Positions 26,204 to 37,412 of a stretch of DNA of 64,000 bases are shown in pieces. A model generated the notes under the pieces. It had not been told where the DNA came from and ran no database searches. It was given only the letters and a program-made list of their open reading frames with translations. The position numbers were made by a program, and so were the translations under genes. How positions within the stretch are numbered: position 1 is the first letter of the stretch; every line of letters starts with the position of its first letter. Source of the stretch: Octopus vulgaris (taxonomy: Eukaryota); assembly GCA_951406725.2 (NCBI GenBank), contig OX597818.1, positions 2,976,001 to 3,040,000 of the forward strand. Direction: 5' to 3'.

Positions 26204-27025
26204 CAGGGTGTGGTGAATATATTGCTGTCTAAATTACTCAGAAATGAAAATAACACTGGTATCTCATTTTAGCAGATATATTTACCAAAATTTCATTAAA
26301 ATATCTTGAAATACTAAAGAGTAATTTTATTCAATAAAATCGCCATTGGCTTCAACCATGGTCTCCAGACAACTTTGAAATCTCCTGCAACTCTTCTGGA
26401 TGGTCTCCTTGTTTAAGTTGGTAAATGCTGCCATAATCCTTGCCTTCAGTTCATCTTTGGTATTACAAGGAGTTTTGTTGGTCTATTGCTCAACTGTGCC
26501 CCACACATAATAATCAAAGGGGTTGCATTCTGAAGAGTTAGGTGTGATGTGGTTGCAGAAATTGTCTGACAGTCATAACTTGGTTACCCTGCTTGTGTGG
26601 CATGGTGCAACCACTCTCTTGACCCAGGGCAGCACTACTTCCTCCAGGCACTTTCTGTAGGTCTCTGTGTTGAGGTTAAGGTCTTGTAGGAAAATGAATG
26701 GAGGCATAACATTGCCATCACTAGTGATCACTCCAAACACCATGATGTTGACTGGATGTTTGATTTTTATCACTCTTGGTACATGTTCACAGACTGCCAT
26801 CCAAACACTCTGAAATGTCCATAGAGGAGCTTCCAGCACAAATGCCAACAGTACAACATGTTGTTTCCAAATTTCTGGCAGAGTGAATTGCATCATGGTG
26901 CTGTTTTTCTCAGTACCCAACTGACCCTACTATACTGTGTAGTTGACAAAGTCACAAAATCAAAAACAATGTGCATGTGAAAAATTAAAAATATAAAATG
27001 GTGACAATTTACCCATCACACCCTA
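26204..27025 (-). mobile_element. Internally deleted Tc1/mariner-superfamily transposon
   Basis: TA-flanked degenerate TIRs (cagggtgtg...cacaccct); KHPVNIMVFGVITSDG, APCHTS, NSSECNPFDYYVWG. Confidence 0.85.
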
Positions 27026-27039
27026 TATATAGATATAAT

Positions 27040-27965
27040 TAATAGCTACAGATGCAATATGAATATCAAAAGACAATCTTTATGTCCAACTTAACATAGA
27101 TGTTGCTTTAAAACACTGAATACTGTGTTATTTACTTTAAGAAGACATCTTATATGGACACATGGTGCATGAAAGCACTCAATTCATATTGTTGGCAAAC
27201 AAGAATTGTCTGCCAGGGGTGCTGGAACTACCAGAATGGGTGATTTCATCCAGTCTGAGCTCAGTGGTCAACATCCGGTAGCAACATAACAGCTGAATCT
27301 CACTGTCAATAATATATAGAAATTCAGTGTCTTTTCTTTTCAGGCACTGATGTCACAAATAGCTTGCAGGCTTATCAAATGATAATTAATGGAGACAGAA
27401 GCAATCTTTATATCCAATTTAACATGGATGTTGCATCAGAACACTGAATACTGCAGTATTTACCTTGAGAGGAACTCTCATATGGATACATGGTGCATAA
27501 CAGCACTCATATTTATGTTGTTGGCAGATGAATTGGCTTCCATAGATGCCAGAACTTCCAGATTACATGATTTCACCCTGCCTGGGCTCATCAATAGCAG
27601 ATGTCTTGTAGCAGCACAACAGCCGAATCTCTGGTAGCGACATAACAGCTGAATCTCACTGTCAACAATATACAGAATTTCAGTGTTTTTTCAGGCACTG
27701 ATGTTGCAAATAGCTAGGAAGCTTAAAACATAATCAATGGCAACAGAAGCAGTATCAATATCAAAAAGCAATCTTTATATCAAACTTAACATGGATGTTG
27801 TGTTAGAACACTGCATTATTTAACTGAAAAGGACCTCTCATATGGATGCATAGTGCATAAAAGCATACCAAGCAATCATGCGAGAGGTCCTCTCAATGTA
27901 AATAAAGCAGTGGTCAGTATCTAAATACAACATCTACGTCATGTTGGATATGACGATTGTCTTTT
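27040..27965. repeat. Three diverged ~330-365-bp tandem units plus an inverted partial unit
   Basis: caatctttat.tcca..ttaacat.gatgttg at ~27074, ~27402 and ~27769; reverse-complement copy at 27877-27965. Confidence 0.85.
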
Positions 27966-28204
27966 ATATATATATGTATCGTTGTGTGTGTGTATGTATA
28001 CTTCATTTTTGTATCTGGTTTGCAAGACACTTTATGCAAATTGGTGTATTGAAGCATATTTTGTCTGGGGAGAGTCATTTTGTCTTTGCACCTAATTAAC
28101 TAACACGCTCACCAGTTTGATTTCCATTCAGTTTATTCATATATATATTTTTTCTTCTAGAATTTTTGTTGCTTCTTGCAACCTACTCAATAGTTATTGA
28201 TTCT

Positions 28205-28545
28205 GTCAGTTATCAGTGCTGCATTCTTTTTGTTTGTTTGTGTGCATGTGTGTGTGTCAGCAGGCATGTGTATACACGTATGTGTGTGTGTGTGTGCATG
28301 CATATATGTATGTAAGCATGTATGTACATATGTATGCATATTCATGTTTTTGTGTGTGCATATTTGTGTATTTACATACATCTGTAATGTATGGATGTGT
28401 GTCTTCATGTGTCTTTGTGTTTATGCATGAGTGTGTGGAATGTGTGTGTATATGGTCATGTGTTTCTATCTCCTCAAGTGTATGCGTGTCCATGCGTGCT
28501 TGTCTGTCCATATTATCTATATACCTATCTATCTACTTACATATG
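28205..28545 (+). repeat. TG-rich repeat, inverted partner of 34250-34580
   Basis: Shared non-simple anchors gcatattcatgtttttgtgtgtgca and cttgtctgtccatatta...ctacttacatatg. Confidence 0.75.
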
Positions 28546-28656
28546 GGGCGCCGCTGGCAACGGCCATGTTCAGATGGTTCTTTTACGTGCCACAACTACA
28601 ATTTCCATTGATTTTTGAGTGATTTCGATTTTGATTCCGATTTATATATATATATG

Positions 28657-28708
<52 letters not shown>

Positions 28709-28819
28709 AGGTATAGTAACACCCTCCCTTAGTGGTTAGCCATACTGAGATGGCAAATATACCTCACATTGTCGTGCAGTTACTGTTTATACCTCGTTCA
28801 GAGATTTACTATTGCTTAC

Positions 28820-28867
<48 letters not shown>

Positions 28868-28868
<1 letters not shown>

Positions 28869-31507
28869 ACATTATTGGTGAATTGAAGAAATGGAGCTGA
28901 ACGCAGATTGAACAGAAATCGTTTTATTTCATTCTACACGTGTTTCGAAAGGCACAAATTACCAAAATCCGATGGAATAATGGGACCATATTGTGTCTTT
29001 CTCTTCAGGAAGAAAATAGGAAATCCGTTGGAAAAACAAAAACAGAACAGAGGCGGAGCAAAAACAAATCGAACTATGCTCCTAAGAGCCCATGGCGAAA
29101 CTGTTTATCAGTGTATGTTGAGAACCGGTGGCTGAAGAATTCAACGGGTCAGGCATCGGTCAATCATGTGGGTGGGGGTGCGTAGATGTTCTTTGTGACC
29201 GAGAATAAAGTTCTGACTATTTAAGGAATATTGGATGTTTTATAAGGGGCGAGAAAAAATCTACTTAGAGACGTGTGTGTGTGTATACTGTTCTATATAT
29301 GTGTGTGTTGGCGTAGGGGTAGAAAACATTTTTTGTGTACGTGTGTGCGTTTGATCGTTCGGCTGTCAGTGGCTACTGCCGTGATAACCGTTGGGTGGCA
29401 GAAAAAAAATATATATATATCATGTTTTATGTGTGTGTGTGTTCATCTAAGCCTGCCTTGTCAAGGAAACCCCCCGCTGTGAAAAAACCAAGCCCCGTTT
29501 GTCTTACAGGAGTAATTCCTCTTGCAGTGGTTAATCGTAGATATCTTAAAGGCTATTTCAGAATTTGTTACCAAGGGCTATGGGTGCCGGTATTATTTAT
29601 AAACGCTATTTAAAAGCCAGATAAGTGTAACGCCGCCAATGGGGGCATCGAAAAGCCGACTGTAAAAGCCCGTTTACCATCCGGCCTCTGGCAAACAAAA
29701 TATGGAAGAGTTCGGAGACACAAAGGTTGCACTGCCTTCTGCCCCTATCAAATGGGAGGGCCACCGACAAAATTGACCATTCCAGCCTGTAGCTTAAGTT
29801 CGTATCCTTCAGTCGCCATATTAGCTTACTGAGTCCCATGGTCTGGCGCTTGTTCATGTCCCGAAAAGTTGCGTAATGGTTGGAGAACGCAAAGACAATC
29901 TTGAGGATGAGGCCCCTACATAAGTGAAGACATCTGAGTCCGTGTAAACCTTGCATTGGTAGACGGCGTTTTTGATCTTGGAGTTCGCCGACGTGAATCT
30001 AATTCTGCTAGGATTAGTTTCTGAAATTAGAACTGCGTTCCTGTCACTATATTCGTTCCGAGACCTGCAGCCGCTTACTACTCTATTTTCCACTACGTCA
30101 CTATTAACTATAGGAATAACCCCTGATTCTCCACTATCTATCAAAGTGCTGTCATTGCTACTGCCCGTGGTGCTGCTATTGCGGGAAATGATGCTGGGGA
30201 TGCTATTGGGGCTCTCTACCCTACTCCCATTGTTACCGTCAACCACAACACCCCTATTTATAACTATACCCCTAGTGGGTACTCCCTGGCTGGAGCTGAG
30301 ATTATGTGTCACTGTACTGGCTCTCATATCATTATTACTACTATAATTATTCCTACTGAGCATTAAACCGGGAGCGGAAGAGGCTGTGCCTCCGGAAAAA
30401 GGTGATAGGGTTTTAGTAAGTAGCCTATTATTATGGGAGGCGATTATCTGGGCGAGGTTTTTAGTGTTGGAGAAAGCTATCCTAACTTTATGCGAGTTAA
30501 CCGTGGAGTAATATTTGGAATTTCTGGGGAAGTTATTGGCGATGGCTTGTCTAAACATGAGGGGGAGGTTAGTTCTAATCTGCTTACCAAAGGGGATTAC
30601 AAACCATATATGCTTATTCCTATCAGTGTGATGGGTCGGGACGCCAGCTCTCGCATTCGGGTGGGTGATTCTCGGATGAATAACGGGTCTTGGGTTAGTG
30701 TAAGACCTCCCGGACCGATAATTATCCTTGTTCGCTAAATTAAATGCGGGAGCGACTACCCCGGCATCCACCGCGCTCCCGTCCTTACTTAAAATGTTAA
30801 TGTTATTATATACGGCCCTATCCTGATGACCGAATGATGGCATCGGAAGGGCCGGATCAATATAAATTACCTTCTGCCTATAACCGGCCTTGGATAGTGC
30901 GGCGTTATAAAATTCCGCTTTCTGCATAAAAATATCGGCACTGGCGGACAAGCCAGACAATCTTAGAGAGATGTTTTTAACCAAATTGTCTGTTACGGTT
31001 TTGGCATGATTTGAGAAGACACTGACATACTTCAAATTAGTGGAAGGCTTATGGTAAGGGCAGTATGAGTCGCTATTAAGGTTAAGTGTAACGTCTAGGA
31101 AATAAGCCTTGGTGAGTTCATTATCAAAAACTATACTCATGCCCATTCTATTAAAAAACCTAGCTAACCTGCTCTTAGTTTTCTGCACTATTCTGTTCGT
31201 GGTGTTTTGCAGGTAAAACAGACAATCGTCACGATACAGGCCACGATACAGGCCAAATTTTGGTAATTTGTGCCTTTCGAAACACGTGTAGAATGAAATA
31301 AAACGATTTCTGTTCAATCTGCGTTCAGCTCCATTTCTTCAATTCACCAATAATGTTCTAATTTCAATTATCCGCACCAACGCACGGTTGCAACACCATA
31401 TGGTTGTACCTCCAACCGGGCTGTTTTACTGCTGTGATTTTTGCTACTAAGGTATCGGTTAAACTTTTGATTAATCTACTACAAGATTATTCATCTTTCT
31501 ATTTCAC

Positions 31508-31510
<3 letters not shown>
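28868..31510 (-). mobile_element. Young 5'-truncated Penelope-like element (Naiad-like) with an inverted pseudo-LTR, inserted in (TA)n
   Basis: ORF 29854-31317 (YRDD, FLDVTL, YHKP, SNH, VYQC...YVG), frameshifted into 29606-29956 (CNLCVSE, CPH); 101-bp perfect inverted repeat 28868-28968/31257-31357; CpG-rich. Confidence 0.95.
28922..29020 (-). ncRNA. Apparently intact minimal type I hammerhead ribozyme
   Basis: tattttcttc-CTGAAGA-gaaagacacaa...ttgtgcctttc-GAAAC-acgt-GTA^gaatgaaata: all core nucleotides present, stems I and II pair, loop 3 palindromic; predicted cut between 28935 and 28934. Confidence 0.85.
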
Positions 31511-31541
<31 letters not shown>

Positions 31542-31547
<6 letters not shown>

Positions 31548-34006
31548 CCTACATAACAGCCTACTAACAAATGTACCTATGTATGTATACTCTGGGGGTA
31601 TTAGGGTATCACTACCTTCTATGTATTTCCTAAGTAGTACAGGGGATGTTTCATTTATGAGGATGTACTCCTGTATTTGTTTGAGTGATGGGTCTTTCAG
31701 GCGCTTAGATAAAATGCGAATGTCAAGTCAGCCCAGTGTCCCTCCATGTTGGTTTTTGGCATGTTGGCAGAGTATGCAGGCTGTTTTTTGTCCTCATATT
31801 GCTTCAAGTGTTTATTTAATCTCTCCACAATACTTCTAGATGTCTCTCCAATGTATGTCATATTCTTGTCTTTATAAGCACCCTCTATGCACTACATTTC
31901 TAGTTCTACAGTTAATAGCAGGGTTGATCTTACATACTATGCATTTCTCATTAATACATGTGGTATTCTACGATCTGATAGAGCTCCTTGGCTTTTCAAC
32001 GATATTTAAGTTAAGTTTGGTCTCCTTCACATCTTTCCTAAATATACAGGCTAGTTCCCCATGGAATGTGGCCTCTACAAGTATCATTCTTTGATATTTG
32101 TCAGCCCTGTACCATGTGTTCACTCTGTTTGCTTTGTCACAAACTCTCTGTATCCTATTCTAGTCTTTACCTCTGTATCTAGGGCAGGTACCACTGGCTT
32201 CATTATAAATAAAGTTATCTAACTTTTTTCCAGCTCCCCTGTAAACATAAACTTCATCTTTCTGGTCATATCTAGAGAATTGCATGTGGTGCATGAATGT
32301 CTGTACATATTTCCTTGTTTCATAGGGATTGAATAGGGGTGCAGACACATTATTCATTATCCTAACTGAGTCTGCTATCAGTATGTTGATTTTCGTGCTG
32401 TGTAACAAAGCTGAGTTCTTGTGGACAAAATATTTAGAAGCCATGGGTTTCATGTAATAGGAGTAGAGGAGCTGCACTCTGTTGTTTACGAAAGTTCAAT
32501 ATCAAAGACAGAGTCTATTGTTAGGTGCCTAGTGAGGTAATCTATAGTTATCTTGATACTTTGGTGGATGGAGTTAGCTATGTGCTGGATGCTCACCATT
32601 ATGCTTCTCACAGTTTTTCCTAACTAGAATACTGATGTCATCTATATATCTACAGTAAAGCAATACAGTTGTGAATTGTTCAGCAAGGGATTGTTTAAGT
32701 TTCCTGTCCCACCAGATCATGAAAAGGCTAGCCACATCTCCAGTCACACCGACACCAATGGTTGCACCTTGAACCTGCATGTATAGTTTCCTGTCAAACT
32801 TCACTAGCTCCTATAGCATCCTTTTTTTCACCTGATTGTTGTTCTCAGGGTCCTGGGTGGGTATGGTCCAGCCACTCCAGTGCTCTGTGGTGCTTTTCTT
32901 CACTGCCAAGGGTGGGTGGTCTTCCTCTCTGTGACCTGGTGGGGCAGAATCTACTTAGGTCATGGTTGTCTAAGTAGTTATGATCATAGCTTAGTTTAAG
33001 GAGGATGCCCAGTTCCCTTGTGTTCACTGCCACAGATAATCTCAATGCATCTTTTTCCTTGGCAAAATCAATGTCTGTAGATATGTAGAGTGAAACCACA
33101 TTCATACTACCCACTACTACACAGTCTGCATAGTCCTTATGTAACCCATACAGTGTAGGAACATTGTTGTTGAATGCCTGGAAATTTTGTGCAGTTCATT
33201 TCCTGGGTTGGAGTATGTTGCACCACATTCTCATGCACCCCTATGCAAACCCTATGAAACAGACCTTCATGCACCACATGCAATTCTCTAGATATGACCA
33301 GAAAGATGGAGTTTATGTTTACAGGGGAGCTAGAAAGAAGCTAGATAACTTTAATTATAATGAAGCCAGTGGTACCTGCCCTAGATACAGAGGTAAAGAC
33401 TGGAATAAGTTAAAGAGAGTTTGTGACAAAGCAGAGTGAACACATGGTACAGGGCTGACAAATATCAAGGAACTTCATAGGCTAGTTCCCATGGAGAATT
33501 AGCCCATTGCGAACAAGGAAATTTGTGGGCTAGTTTCCATAGCCCGTATATTTAAGAAAGCTCTGAAGGAGACCAAACTCAATATTAAGATCATTGAAAA
33601 GTCAGGGAACTCCATCAGATTGCAGTTATGTGGGATGTGCTCCTTTAAGAATACCACATGCATTAATGAGAACTGTATGGTATGTAAGCTTAAACCTGAC
33701 ATTAACTATAGAACTAGAAATGACATACTGCAGAGAGATTAAATAAACACTTGCGGGAATATGATGACAAAAAACGGTCCTCCATACTCTATCAACGTGC
33801 CAAAAACCAACATGGTGGCACACTGGGCCGACTTGACATCTGCATTTTATCCAAGCATCCTCAGACAAATACAGGAGTACATCCTCATAAATGAAACCTA
33901 CCCCGTACTAAATAGGAAATACATGTAGAAGATAGTGATACACCAATACCCACAGAGTATACATACATAGGTACATTTGTTAGTAGGCTGTTATATAGAC
34001 AAATAT
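31542..34006 (-). mobile_element. Older Penelope-like element with inverted duplication of its 3' part
   Basis: GSMNVVSLY, QVQGATIG, CRYIDD, YYMKPMASK, GIY-YIG-like tail KQIQEYILINETSPVL; 31542-32304 inverted at 33258-34006. Confidence 0.85.
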
Positions 34007-34024
34007 GTGACTACAAGTGTATTG

Positions 34025-34215
34025 TTGGCGATTTTTTTTCCTCCGTCTTCCCTTCCTTAGATCTTTCCTTTTTCTATGTTTCTGACGAAGAGCTCTGCTC
34101 AAAATGTTAAATCCTCCATCTTTCTTTCCTTTCCTGAGTGTCCAATAACCCTATATTTGTTCCACGTCCTCACGTTGTTGTGTTTTCTCTTTGAATTTTC
34201 ACATTTGGATTAATT
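34025..34215 (+). mobile_element. ~190-bp hammerhead-like element (copy 2)
   Basis: CTGACGA-a-gagc(tct)gctc-aAAAt-GTT at 34082-34108; collinear with the reverse complement of 17808-18005. Confidence 0.7.
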
Positions 34216-34587
34216 TTATATATATACAGGTAGGACAATGGATATATAGGTACATATGTAAGTAGACAGATAGGTCCACAGGTAATATGGACAGACAAGA
34301 ACACACACACACACACACATTCTACACACATACGTGAATACACACAAAGGTACATATGGAGATACACATCCATACATAATATACATAGTCACACAAACCC
34401 ATACATATGGACACACTCAAACATGCACACAAGGAGTCAGAGGTACACGCACAAACACACACAAACATGCACACACAAAAACATGAATATGCAGAATACA
34501 TATGTACACATACACATATATATATGCACAAATACACACACTGATGCTTACATATGCAAATAAAAAGCATTCAGCAACAACTGGAGT

Positions 34588-34752
34588 GGCGCAGGAGTGG
34601 CTGTGTGGTAAGTAGCTTGCTAACCAGCCACATGGTTCCGGGTTCAGTCCCACTGTGTGGCATCTTGGGCAAGTGTCTTCTGCTATAGCCCCGGGCCGAC
34701 CAATGCCTTGTGAGTGGATTTGGTAGACGGAAACTGAAAGAAGCCTGTCGTA

Positions 34753-34801
<49 letters not shown>

Positions 34802-35020
34802 TTGTGTGTCTGTGTTTGTCCCCTTAGCATTGCTTGATAACCGATGCTGGTGTGTTTACGTCCCTGTCACTTAGCGGTTCAGCAAAAGAGACCGATAGAA
34901 TAAGTACTGGGCTTACAAAGAATAAGTCCCGGGGTCGATTTGCTCGACTAAAGGCGGTGCTCCAGCATGGCCGCAGTCAAATGACTGAAACAAGTAAAAT
35001 AGTAAAATAGTAAAATAGTA
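34588..35020 (+). mobile_element. Full-length family A SINE
   Basis: ggcgcaggagtggctgtgtggtaag head through a (gtaaaata)n tail. Confidence 0.93.
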
Positions 35021-35031
35021 ACTATTGAGAA

Positions 35032-35341
35032 GTACATTATTTACCTTATTTACATTTGATGGATATTTGTCCTCATCTTGTTTGATGTTAACACATATTG
35101 GCTGATATATCCTCCAGCCTTCATCAAGTGTCTTGGGGAATTTTCAAACCTGGGTTCTCATTCCTAAGGTATTTGTCAATGTTATTATTATTATTATTAT
35201 TGAGGTCACTGCCTGGAATCGAACTCGGAAACTTGGGGTTAGTAGCCCACGCTCTTAACCACTACGCCATATGCCTATGTGGTGGTTAAAAGCGCAGCTA
35301 CTAACCCCAAGATTTGAGTTCGATTCCAGGCATTGACCTTA

Positions 35342-35401
<60 letters not shown>

Positions 35402-35562
35402 TCGAAAAATACCTTAGGAATGAGAACCCAGGCTCAAAATTTCCCCCAAAACACTTGATGAAGGCTGGAGGGTATATCAGCCAAAACACTGTGTTAGCAA
35501 CAAAGAAGATGAGGACAAATATCTGTCAAATGTAAATAATGCAAATAAGGTAAATAATGTAC
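35032..35562. mobile_element. Palindrome of two head-to-head tRNA-headed, (AAT)n-linked, hammerhead-tailed units
   Basis: The arms are reverse complements. Each has an A box, a CTACTAA loop and B box gagttcgattcc, then acac-tTGATGA-a-ggctg...cagcc-aAAAC...gtgtt. Confidence 0.85.
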
Positions 35563-35583
35563 ATAATTCCTCATATATAAATA

Positions 35584-36298
35584 ACATATTTGAAGGCCTA
35601 TAAGATGCATGAGTGCATAAAACTATAGTTGCCTATAGTTTCCTTTCTTTGCTGGCTGTATTTATTTTCTTGCAGCTGCCAGAAACATGCCATTTTTTTT
35701 TCAATAGAAGGAGGGCCAAAATACTGTGCTGCTACTGTTTCCATGCTCTTTAGCATAGTCTGCTACCTGAAGCTTGTACCGAATAGTGTAGCTTAACCTC
35801 TTTCCTCCTATAGCCATATCCGTATAGGTAAAATCCAGAAAATAAAAAAAAATCTTTTACCTGTGTCTCATGAGCAACTGAATGAAGATTTCGTGTTATC
35901 CCTCATACAGTGAATGTTAGCAGCATTGCCATCAAGTGATGATTCAATAGAAGGTGGCAGCACACATTTTGTAAACAAACATGTAAAGCATTTAAGATGC
36001 TGTTATTGGGTATTTAAATATCAATAGTAACAACATATATAATAATTATAATATTAGCAATAATAATCATGATGATGATAAATAATAATAATAATCTAAT
36101 GTTTTTTTGATAAAATAGGCTATTACAATATCATAGAGAGGTAGGCTGAGCTACTAAGCTATATCTATGTGACCTCTGAAGTATAATTTTGGCCAACAGT
36201 CACAGGTTTTGAGCCTACATTGAGGGCATTGGACACAAGTGGATTTTTAAAGCCATTTTTGGGTTTTAAAAATGTGTCTTATAGGCCATCAAATACGG
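35584..36298. mobile_element. Tc1/mariner-superfamily (pogo/Tc2-like) MITE
   Basis: TIRs tatttgaaggcctataaga / tcttataggccatcaaatacgg|TA. Confidence 0.75.
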
Positions 36299-36384
36299 TA
36301 AATTGAGTGGAAATTGAACCAGTGAGTGTGTTAGTTAATAAGGTGTAAAGACAAAATGACTCATCCCAGACACAACAATATATA

Positions 36385-36868
36385 CATTCTTTTATTCTTT
36401 TATTTGTTTCAGTCATTTGACTGCGGCCATGCTGAAGCACTTCCTTTAGTAGAACAAATCGACCCCAGGACTTATTCTTTGTAAGCTTAGTACTTATTCT
36501 ATTGGTCTCTCATGCTGAACCACTAAGTTACAAGGATGTAAACACACCAACATCGGTTGTCAAGCAATGGTGGAGGGACAAACATAGACACACAAACATA
36601 TACATATATATATATAGGACAGGCTTCTTTCAGTATCTGTCAACCAAATCCACTCACAAGGCTTTGGTTGGCCTGAGGCTATAGTAGAAGACACTTGCCC
36701 AAAGTGCCACAAAGTGGGCCTGAACATGGAACCATGTGGTTGGGAAGCAAGCTTCTTACCACACAACCATGCCTGCACCTTCCACACTGCCATGCCAGTG
36801 CCTCCATACAGCTATGCCTGTGACTCCACAGAACCATGCCTGCACCTCCACACAGCCATACCTGTGCC
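36385..36868 (-). mobile_element. Family A SINE with a five-fold repeated 5' head
   Basis: SINE body 36385-36780; ~22-nt units ccacacagccatgcctgcacct repeated through 36868. Confidence 0.85.
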
Positions 36869-37179
36869 TATAACTATATATATATACACACATACATGAG
36901 CTGAGAGAATGTTTAATTATAAAAGACATCTGCTAATGCAGAAGAAACAATTGCTAGTATGGATATGTCACAATTACACAATTAGATAATAAAGTTTGTG
37001 TGGTAAGATTATAAAGAGAAAGGAAGGTAAGGTGTTGTCAGATTTTAGACTTCATATATGAGATGAAGTAATCAAAGGTAGCATTGATTTGCTTTGTAGT
37101 CCTATCCTTCTCATGCAAAAATAGAATATGAAATACACAAAATATCAGAAATGATTGCAAAAAAGATATTTCTACACAC

Positions 37180-37296
37180 CTTTGCACAAGATTCACAGAC
37201 ATGAAATTTAGGAATCTCATTCTTAGATAATATCTTGAAGCATACCGCATGTTGCCAATATTTACAGATGTCACAATGTATCATCAAACCATCCTC
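37180..37296 (-). CDS. Host gene exon encoding most of a PHD finger (probably meiotic HORMAD/Hop1-like chromatin-binding region)
   Basis: tttgtttctttcag acceptor, AAG|GTGTGT donor, 117 bp phase 0/0: EDGLMIHCDICKYWQHAVCFKILSKNEIPKFHVCESCAK (CxxC-x-WQH-xx-C...CxxC). PHD call is strong, gene identity inferred. Confidence 0.88.
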
Positions 37297-37412
37297 CTGA
37301 AAGAAACAAATATAAACATGCTAAGGTAAACTTTAATGTTTGTGGACAACATACAGCAATCCATCATCAGCATAATCACAAATTTCATATCATTACAAAT
37401 TATACTATACAA

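Noticed and set aside
27040-27870. Spaced repeats as a CRISPR-like array
   Set aside because: The units are long and diverged with homologous spacers, the context is eukaryotic, and no cas genes are present.
28187-28622. Overlapping Cys/Val/His/Thr-rich ORFs (also 16421-16686, 34170-34830)
   Set aside because: Translations of (TG/CA)n-rich repeats.
35203-35340. Two tRNA-Ser(ACT)-like sequences as tRNA genes
   Set aside because: The acceptor stem is imperfect, there is no long variable arm or oligo-T terminator, and they are embedded in a repeat. Treated as SINE heads.
35861-35970. Minus-strand exon candidate with a CAG|GTAAAA donor
   Set aside because: It lies inside a TIR-bounded MITE, with stops in all frames and no good acceptor.
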